A DNA stretch of 64,000 nt, taken from positions 27,964,001 through 28,028,000 of the forward strand of contig CM052818.1 of assembly GCA_028534125.1 (NCBI GenBank). The letters are read 5' to 3'. Of the stretch, positions 54,209-64,000 are shown in pieces (position 1 is the first letter of the stretch; the number at the start of each line of letters is the position of its first letter). This stretch comes from Lama glama (lineage: Eukaryota). The notes beneath the pieces were generated by a model. That model ran no database searches. It was not told the DNA's origin and saw only the letters and a list, made by a program, of their open reading frames with translations. The translations under genes were made by a program, and so were the position numbers.

Positions 54209-57200
54209 AAATAAGGCATCTCTCACAATGTGCGTGATGTCTATAGGGGAGAGTGACAGAGAAGGCTGGAGACTAATTAGGATGTTACTGCAGTACTTTA
54301 GCCCCGAGACACTGATACCCCAAAATGTAGCAAAAGAAACCCCACAAAATAAAAAAGATAGATAGTCTTTAAAAACATAGAATTCATAGGACTAATATAC
54401 TGTTGGGGGTTTTATACAATCTAATAAATCACTTTCCCCTCCTCCAACCTATTTCTTAAACCAAGGCAGAGTAATCACAAAGAAACATATGGAGCTCAAA
54501 ACGAAACATCTGTTTTAATATGCAAAGTATAAACCTCCATTAGAAGTAAAATAAGAGCCCAAGGCAAGGACTAGACCCTAAAATGATGATCGTTGATTTT
54601 TTTTTAACTCCCAAATAAAGGCCTTTTGGTGACATAGGGAAGAATTGGCATGACTTGTTTAATCAGAGTTAGAGAAGCTGAACTAAGTAGGAGAGAAATC
54701 TTAACCAGACCTTCTAGAACTAAGCTTTTCTTGAATGTCTTTCACATGGAATATGGTGAATCTATCACATCTTGCCACAGTTGAGCCCAAGAGGTCAAGA
54801 AGAGTAAGAGAGCAATCATTGTGAAGGAGAACCATGCACAAGCAATGTTCTTCAACATACTAATCCATCCACTAAAATAACGTAGTCTAGGATTCTTCCC
54901 ACTTCACCAATTGAATATATCCTTTTCCTATGGAAAGGAGCCATTCCTGAAGGCACTGAGATCTTGAACTGGAAATGTGAATGAAAATTCTGCACCCATG
55001 TGGGGATAACAAGGAAATCATCTCAAGGAAGCAAGAGTTTGGAGAAAGAGGGATTCTCCCTCTTTGAGACTGAATGTGGGAAGTGATGGAGAGTAATAAT
55101 CAGAGATGACTCCACATTTCTTCCTTCACTAACTCAGTGAAAAGTGGCTCATTCAAGAGACTGGAATTTATCACCAGAAACATTAGATAGTTAGGGACTT
55201 GAGTCTTTGTTTTGTCACTGGAGAATTTATTCTGCCATCTTGAAAAACCTCTCACAGTCAAGAGAAGTGGTTAGCAAACTTCTAAATACTCAGATGAGAG
55301 GAGTTACAACCTATACATTTTCATCTTACAGGTAGTGTCTTTAATGAATAATATTATATACTGGTTTTCAGATATAGTTTACTTACTGTGATTTTCCTGA
55401 TTAGCTCTGTCCCAGGCTACTTCTTAAGAGCTCTATGCTAGTAAGAGAACAAGCTGATATTCTCTAGTAAAATCAAACATTGATAGAAACTTTAAATGAA
55501 GAATTAAAATTAGAAAACTTTCAGAATCATTGGGAGTAGTAAAAATAAATACTATTTAATGTAAGGAACTTTCTAAATTATTCTTCTGATTCAGCTGCTT
55601 TTTTCTACTTGCCTTTTATTGTGCATTGAGATGTGGAATTGTTTACTCATTTGTCTCTCCCCATTCAGCGACTAAAGTGAATAATCCACATTTCACATTT
55701 CACTCATTTCTCTATCTCTATCACTTGGCATATAAGCATTGGTTGAACAGTCCCTTCTTAGGACAAGACAGTGCTGGAGGATATTTAGAACATTTTAATA
55801 AGTTTTATACTAAATCTTAATGACATTTCACATGTCACAACAGTGCATATGAATTCTGGAGACTGTGACTCAGTGACAATAAATATTACCTAAATTGTGA
55901 CTCCTGCCTACCTACATTCAGGACTTGGGTTAACACTTTTTTGTGCAAGCTTTAGCCTGGACCCTTAAAAATGTTTTGTTCCTTAGCTAATTCATCAGTT
56001 GCATATTAATTCTCTTATTTGTGTTCAGCTTTGTATAGTGTGCTGGAGATTCAAAGGTAAATACTGAACCTGACCTTATCAGTAATGGGGAGTAGGCTAA
56101 AAGTTTAATAAGAGGTAGAGATGTGAAAAATAAATGCAGCAGAATGCAGTAGAATGTCATCCATGCCACATCAATTACCTTAGAGCACAGTGGGATCTCA
56201 AAGGACAGAACAATCAATTTCAAATGGGAGAATAGTTACGAAAAATATCATACAGTAGGAAAATCTGATCCCAATCCTTAGATGAAAGTTTATGTTAGGT
56301 AGTCTTTTGAGGCATAAGAGAGAGAGGTGGTGGGTTTATTAGGAAAAGTGTTAGGAAGCATGGACCCTGTCTCCAAAGCTTACTGATTTGATGATTGGAT
56401 ACTTCCTGTCAGTATTCTAAAAATTTGAGGTCAGTTTCTTGAAAGCAGGGGCCATGTCTATCTTTCTTGCTATACAGTCTTTTGTTTTTCTACCAGAGTG
56501 GTCTATGTTCAGTGAATATTTGTTCAGTGGTAGTTGAATGAATGCATGACTCAGTTTCATATACATTGGACTCTAGTACCACTTTGTTCCTTCACACTTG
56601 TTTTATAGACATATGGAGAATTTGGGGAACGATAAAGTGTAGTTATAGTATTTCTGCTGTATTTTTTGTTATTACTAAAGTGCCACTAGAACATTTTGGA
56701 TCATATTTTCTTGTTAAGCATGCTGATTTATTTTCTAATTATTAACATCTTACTGAAAAATTCAGGGAGAGAATGACCTCATAAAACATTCGTATGGTAT
56801 ATTTTTCAGTGAATAATGATATAAATTGCTCCACAATTGACGCAAATATATTTTCATGTTAGTCTAACAAATCTTACAGCTTCTGTTAGTTGGCTTTTGA
56901 ATTATCACAACCATTAAATGCAGAAAATTGAATTACTGCCCAAAGATTTCTAACTAAAAACATTTTCTATGATTCTAAATGGAGAAACAAAGGTGAACAG
57001 AGAACAACTTTAGAATGAGAGTTGCAAGGAAGTGGAAGTCCTGGGTCAGCCTACTCTGTTCCCCAGTTTCTGAATTCCACTTTATTATTCAACTAGAGTG
57101 AATATGGCATTTATTGATCTGACATAAAAGCCCAAGGCATGAATCTGTGAGCAAAGGAGGGTCATTTGTTAACTGTTCTTGGTATGTGTTAATTTAGGGA

Positions 57201-57294
57201 AGTTACAGTTTGACGTTTTGCTTAGATGGCTTATCCTGTGTGTCTTCCTCAGTCAGCCACTAAATACAAAAGGCTTTGGATTGGTTTTGAGGCA

Positions 57295-57480
57295 AGAGGC
57301 ACTAGCTTAAGAACAGGTAGTGAACTGGAAGGAACGGAGTTTCAAGTTAGGCTGGAAAGCAGCCACCAGCTCTGTGACTTTGGGTAGTTATTCAAACACT
57401 CTGAAACTCAGGGTCCTTCTGACTTCACAGCACCTTGTGAAGGTTAAGGAGGCAAAGTATGTACAATTCCTGTGGTACCA
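57295..57480 (+). mobile_element. MIR fragment
   Basis: ctctgtgactttgggtagttattcaaacactctgaaactcag core. Confidence 0.55.
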
Positions 57481-57939
57481 TCAATTTGATACCTCCTTGC
57501 TTTCTGTCCTGGTACCACACCTTATACCATACTTAGAAAATTTTGCTTGCCGATGATTTTATTTTTCATAGCTCCCTGAGCATCTACTCATAATTCCTCA
57601 AGCTCTAATTAGAGAAATTGTCACTTCTCTTATCCTCTTCAGAGGCTAGGCAAAATTTAATAAGTGTGTATACTTGAGCTCCTTTGGAATGTGCTTGCTT
57701 TAATGGAAACAAGACATTTGCCTTGGAAGGTGATTCTTGTTGGGCAGTTTCTACCTCAAGCAAGAGAGTCAAAGCATTTTCTTATTGGTGGTGTTAGTTT
57801 CTACTTAGCATTGTCAAATAAATAAATATTTAAAGGCCACACTATCATCTGCAGAATGTTGGTAGGTAGAATGTTATATTGTGTTCCCTTCCTTCCTTCC
57901 CAAGAGAAGTATCTTAAATACAGTTCTGGAGAGATAGAC

Positions 57940-57943
<4 letters not shown>

Positions 57944-57975
<32 letters not shown>
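57944..57975. repeat. Poly-T run (32 nt)
   Basis: Directly visible. Confidence 0.95.
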
Positions 57976-57978
<3 letters not shown>

Positions 57979-59040
57979 GAAAATAAGTGTGTATTGAGCA
58001 CTTATTTTGTGTCAGTAGTCATCGTACTGGACTTGAGGGACACAGACATAAAAATTCTTTACTCTCCAAGGCTGATTGTATTGTTATTAGATCTGCTATA
58101 TAGCAGTTACAATGCAATGTAATGAACTGGCTGCAATTTGACAGGTATGTGTTGAAGCCTGCTTAAGCAAGGGTTCACCCAAAGGGTAAAATTTAAGCTC
58201 ATTATGAAGTTAGAGTCTGCCTTTCAAAGGCTGAGTTTGGGTAGGTGGGATAATTGTATTTTAGTCAGAAGAAAGAAATGGCACATATAAAAGTAAGGAG
58301 CTAGGAATGAGTCTGACATTTCCCAGGAATGGCAATTAGTTAAGCATCAGCAGAGCCTAGGATGTGTGGGGGAGAAGGGGTGAATATTGGATTCTACAGT
58401 TAGGCAGCAGCTGCATCATGATGGGGAGTCTATGAAACTTTTACAGCAGAAAACTTACTTGATTGGATTTACAGTTTAGAAATAGCACTCTGGAGGCAGT
58501 GCTTGTGGAGGGCGCCTTGTAAGGAGTCAAACCTGAAATTAGAGGGTCCATTTTTTGGGCTATTGCAATGGTCTCCAGGCAAAAGATAACAAAGGATGGT
58601 AGAATGTGTAAGGAGAAGGGCCCAGGTATGGGCGGTGCTTGTCCACACTGATCAAGATCATGTTCTTGAGAAGCCCGTCACTTCAGTAGTATGCTTAACC
58701 TTTGTAGGTTTCTGTTTCATCATTTGTAAAATAGAGATTATGCTACTTATTCTACAGAGGTGTGGGAAAAAAATTGAACAAGGTGGTGTATGTAAAGTAC
58801 TTACTATAGTACCTAGAAAACAATGCATTTTCAATAATTAGTATGTAACTGCTAGTATAGAATGTATTGTCTTGTGTTTGAATAGAGAGAGGAGAATGAG
58901 CAAGAAAACCTTGCCAAGATATGTACCACTTATTGAAAAGCAGGATTTGAGGGTAATGGCTTCAGTTTTGAGCATGTTTAGTTGGAGTTACCTGTGGGAC
59001 AATTAGGAGATGTCCTGTAGACATCTGGATTTGTCGGTGT
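57976..59040 (-). mobile_element. L2 fragments with nested MIR (~58640-58840)
   Basis: tattgagcacttattttgtgtcag; ttagaaatagcactctggaggcagtg; ttcagttttgagcatgtttagttggag; MIR core tttctgtttcatcatttgtaaaatagagat. Confidence 0.6.
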
Positions 59041-59071
59041 GTGGAATGCATAAAATTATTGTTCTGAGGGT

Positions 59072-59660
59072 TCTTTTTTTTAATTGAAGTACAGTCAGTT
59101 ACAATGTCTAGTGTACAGTACAAGGTCCCAGTCATGCATATACGTATATATATTCATTTTCATATTCTTTTTTTCAAAGGTTATTACAAGATACTGAATA
59201 TAGTTCCCTGTGCTATACAGAAGAAATTTTTTTAATCTATTTTTATATATAGTGGCTAACATTCGCAAATCTCAAACTTGCAAATTTTCCCTTCCCACCC
59301 TCTTTCCCCCAGTAACCATAAGCTTGTTTACTATGTCTGTGAGTCTGTTTCTGTTTTGTAGAGTAGTTCATTAGTGTCCTCTTTTTTTCTTTTTTTTTAG
59401 ATTCCATATATGAGTGATATCATAGGCTATTTTTCTTTCTCTTTCTGGCTCACTTCACTTAGAATGACATTCTCCAGGGACATCCATGTTGCTGCAAATG
59501 GTGTTATTTTCTTCTTTTTTATGGCTGAGCAGTACTCCATTTTATAAATATACCACAACTTCTTTATCCAGTCATCTGTTGATAGACATTTAGATTGTTT
59601 CTGTGTCTTGGCTATGACATGCTGTGAACATTAGGGTGCATGTATTTTTTTCAGATTTGA
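59072..59660 (-). mobile_element. Camelid-type L1 3' end, 5'-truncated
   Basis: tttttaattgaagtacagtcagttacaatg...tagttccctgtgctatacag...catccatgttgctgcaaatgg; TSD gttctgagggt (59061-59071 / 59661-59671). Confidence 0.9.
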
Positions 59661-61282
59661 GTTCTGAGGGTAGTTCTTGAAGAACATTTATTCCTTCATT
59701 CCTCATCCCCAATAAAGATAAAGGGGCTTCCATTTCTATGAGAGAACAGTATTAGAAGGGCACATACAGCCCTCTCTTTACTCATTGCTCCAAGTAGATG
59801 GAATAGAGTAGTGGGAACGTAGTGAGTATAGCTCAGGCCCCTCTTTCTCTTCTTGTTCTCTTCTTATTCTTCTCTCTCCCTGCTCTGCCTCCATCTCTCC
59901 TTCTGACTTTGGTCCATGTGTGCTAGACTCATCACTCTTTCCTTTTTTTTTTTTTTCCATTAGGTGGTTCACAAGAGCAGGACTTCTGCACAGTGGTGTT
60001 GCCTGGGATCTCTGGCTGTTCCATCTGGAAATGGGTAAGTCAATTCAATTCAAAGTGAGAAAAAGTAGAGACCCCAATTTGAGCTCAGGACCAAGGAGCT
60101 TCAGGGTTCCAGATTTACCAGCAACACCACTGAGAGTTTGTTTCTTAATTGACTCCTGCAAATACTTCATTTTTGTTTCCTCCCACAACTCAAGGGGAAA
60201 TGTACGATTTAACATTTAAATCTCTAAAGAGGTGTGAACATGGAAATCATCAGTATAAATATGAGGATAAATATGTTGATGAAATTACTTGAAGGGGATT
60301 TCAGGGACCGAGGAGAAGAGAGGCAGAAGATGAGAACATTTGTCTTTGGGAGATTGGCAGAGCCTGCAAAAGTGAGGAGGAGGAGTGCCAGGGAAATAGG
60401 AAAGCTGAAAATGAAATCCAGTCCTCTGGCATCACAGCCAGTTTATTCCAAATGCTGGTTAAAAACAACAATAAAACAAACACAGAAAACCCAAAAGTAA
60501 TGACATGCCACAACAAAGAAGCATCTGCTTTTACAACACGTAATTCCTTATTATCCCAACACACATTCAAAGGTAAAGTCACAGGCAGAGAGAGGGGCCA
60601 AAATATTCTAAAAGGTTAGTATCACTGGGTTTGGGGTGAAGAAAATTGGCTATTAGAGCATCAGATCCTTTCAAGAACAGACCTACCACCTATATCTATA
60701 GACCCTGTTTGCCTGGATCAAAGGTATGTGCATCCAGATACCCACGGACAGTATTCAGTTTGTCATCATTCAGGTACTGAGTTGGTACTCACTGTTACAT
60801 TGGACAAATATGACAAAATATGATCATGGAAATATAAACTATAAAGGACACACTTTGAGATTAAAAAATGGCAAGAATATAGCACTAGCAGTGACAAAAA
60901 TGGGTTGATTTTAGAGCTGGTATAAATGAATAGGTTACGAAGTCCTGTTAAATTACTCTTGGTTACGTGTAAATAAAATTCCTCAACGCACTGTCTGGCT
61001 ACAACTAGATTACTGGAGACACTGAACCAGGACAGCCAGATATGCCCAGGCACAAGGTGATATAAAAACCTCTCTTCCAAAGACACATATCATGCACGTT
61101 AGGGAATAAGTAAATTTTCAAATGTTTTATAGAGAGACAGAAACTAGGAAGAATAGTAGAAAACAAAACTGCCAATTTAATAGTGATGTCTCTGAGAAGT
61201 AGAAAGGAGGCAGTGCTCTCAAATGTGGATTTTCTTTCCATATGGGATCAACAAAACCTCATTTATCTTTACCCAGGCCACA

Positions 61283-61283
61283 T

Positions 61284-61316
<33 letters not shown>

Positions 61317-61325
61317 TTTTTTTTT
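61283..61325. repeat. (CT)n followed by poly-T
   Basis: Directly visible. Confidence 0.95.
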
Positions 61326-61539
61326 GGTGCCTCCTGGAACATTCAGAAGAGTCTTATATCTTTTAAGTTTCCACAGGTAACTTGCTTTCTCCTCATGTAT
61401 AAAGAAAGCATAAAATTCTTTGATTATTAGAAATATAATAGTCACTCCAAATTAACTACCATCAAAAAGAGTATTATCATTTAAGAACCTATTCAAGTCA
61501 CTAAACTAAGTAAATTACATGATCATTCAGATTGATTAA

Positions 61540-61700
61540 ATCAATTCTATTAAACCAGTCCTTTGAAGGAGAAGATATTTACCACATTGCAACTATGGAA
61601 ACTCAGATCCAATAGTTAAGTGACTTGGAAGGTTTTACAGGTTTTAAAAAGCAGAGCAACTGCTTCATCTGACTTCAAAGCCATGCTCTTAAACTTTCTT
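61540..61700 (-). mobile_element. MIR fragment
   Basis: ggaaactcagatccaatagttaagtgacttgg...tctgacttcaaagccatgctcttaa. Confidence 0.6.
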
Positions 61701-64000
61701 ACTTTATATCCCTTGCAAATTCTTACTTAGATTATTATTAGTTAATAATAACTATTATTAGTTAATACTAACAATGTGACAAAGTTAAAAATAGTTGATC
61801 ATTTAACCACACAAAAAGTAGAAAGCTGTGGATTATGACAAGTAGGTAACCAGTAAAAAGAGCTCTTGTCTGCAGCTTTGATAGCTTCAGAGTTTCAGGA
61901 GTTTCCCTCCATCAAACTCTCAAGCACACACTCACACTTAAACCTGGTTGATACAGACCAAGCAGATTAAGAAACTTCAGGGGACATCTATAGGCAACAA
62001 GGAAGAAACAATAAAAATAAGTGCAACAAGTGAATTTGTATCAGCTGAAGAAGAGGGGTCAGATGGATTGGTCCACGTTGTGTATAAAAACCTGCATTTA
62101 GGATCATTAACATCAGAGAATAAGATCATAGCTTACTAAAAGAGTTTCCACTCACTGAAAGACTGACTGTATTAGAATTTTGGAGGTAGTGATGCTGGAT
62201 CTAAGTGGAGTACGTTTGAAAGCCTGTGCTTATTAAGGATATGAGTGACTGCTACAAGTAGTGAGTGTCCAGCCACTTCATGTTGATAGCTGGATGCCAC
62301 AAATGACAAACCAAATAAAGTAGCTGAGGCTACTGTGTCCCCAAATGGATAAGGAGCTAAAAAAGAACCCCAGGGCAAAAGGGACATTATTTGTTCTCCA
62401 GGGATTTATTAAGCATGATGGAGGCAGTCAGCTGGCAACCTCTCAGCCTCTTCATTTGAGGAGGTGATAATGAATTTTAATTAGTGAGGAAGACAGCTTT
62501 CCCCTAAGAAGAAAGCAAAGAAAACAGGAGTATCAGTGCTCACGGAGGGTATGTTAAAACACAGGATACTCCTTACTAACACTGATTAATGGACAAATCT
62601 TTGCCCTCTGTTCTTCTGCAATGTAGAAATCAAAAAACTGGGGGAAAAATGGTCTCAGATTGTGAGAAAAAGGAGGGGCAGTGCTGCTAAGGCTGATAAA
62701 CAGGTTATTCCAGATCACTGAGTTTTTAAGACACTGATCACTTAATAGTAGCCGACTGATGGTACATTTTCAACAACATTTGCTCTGCCTGCTAACATTC
62801 TGACAGTCCTCTTTGTACTAGAGAATGAGTAAGAGGAGACTGTATGAGACAGGAGTTTCTCCCCCAGCCCCTCCAAGTATTTTGATTTAAGCCCAAATGT
62901 CCTAGCATTGGCCATCTGTTAGGATTTGGAGAGAGAATCAATGGCTTGATTCATTGTTAGCTAACTTTTGTTTTTCCTGCTGATTTAGAGTCTATGTACA
63001 TGTATACAAGCACATGTATATGTAAGTGTTTTGGGGAGGAGTATTCATTACTGTATTGTTGGATCAGAATTGGTTTTGATTTGGTTTTTGAAGGATCTTT
63101 TCAAACAGTGGATAATCAGATACCTTCTTTCATTGTTTGGATATATTGGTGATGGCCCTTGTGATAGTTTGGAGGACCCTAGACCGTCCAAGAAAATGCT
63201 ACCTTTGCTAATGGGGCTTTCATCCAGTGAACAGATTGTGCTCATAAATTATTTGAAGTCTGCAGGCCCAAAGTTACAACCAAGTATTCACAGCTTTACT
63301 TTAGCACAGTGATGGAAATTCACATGCAAATGCAGTGTTTAAATTACGAGTGTGATTGGTTTTCAGAGATACAGTTTGAGCAGATCAGAGGGTTTCTTGT
63401 GCGTCTGTGGCCTCCAATGTGGAAATCTGAGTACTCTGAGAGCCCTGAATAATAATAATCCCAGTTAGACCTTAGACCGGTAAAGAAAGACAGACATTCA
63501 CTTCCTTTTCCAGGCGGCCTGACAAAGCCCTCTGGCACGCTATGCAATGCCATGTCATTGCTGTTAACCTACCATAATTCCCCCACTAAAGAAAAGTTCT
63601 CTCCTGACCAGAAAAGTTAAATTCAGAGTGCCCCAGAAATCCACAGGTTACAGATGACTTCTATTTCCACTTTTTTCTGCCCACAAACGTGGGTGTGCAT
63701 TGTCTGAAGAGGGAAGAATTTCAAGTTTTTCTCATATGGAATAGGGTCTTTCTGTCCATTCCCTCTACTAGGTTTTGTTACCAATGAGGTTGAGGGTGGT
63801 GATAAACTTGTTTTGGTTTTCATGCCTGTCTGATAATTCTTTACAGCCTCTAATCTCTAAGGCCCTGTTTGGTTAAGGAATAGAACAGGTTCTTAAAAAC
63901 TAGGAACTTAGTTTTTAACAATCTAAACCAGTAGACTGGTATTTTTCAAATTACAGCTCAAGGTCCAGTGGTGAGCAAAGAAGGCTTTCCTAATGGGTCA

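Noticed and set aside
61350..61382. Recursive splice site (cacag|gtaact)
   Set aside because: Non-consensus donor, competing upstream AG and no known host intron
1..64000. ORF-track entries as protein-coding genes
   Set aside because: All are short (max 169 aa), many lack ATG starts, many overlap repeats, and none resembles a protein I recognise

Overview
AT-rich mammalian non-coding DNA (intergenic or deep intronic), dominated by interspersed repeats. A tRNA-derived SINE of the vic-1 type and two young L1 3' ends suggest a camelid (alpaca/camel) genome; this is inferred from remembered repeat consensus sequences, not from a search. I could not recognise any protein-coding gene, structural RNA gene or CRISPR array, and the ORF track is explained by chance, low-complexity sequence and TE remnants. 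Repeats include ancient L1M/HAL1, L2, MIR, ERVL/MaLR LTRs, hAT MITEs (MER20, MER33, MER45, MER53-like) and a young solo LTR. The most notable signal is absent from the ORF track: a frameshifted hAT transposase fossil on the minus strand (~44.2-45.05 kb), abutting a MER53-like terminus and nested inside a split L2. Family names come from recall and boundaries of old repeats are approximate. No evidence for a novel functional system was found.
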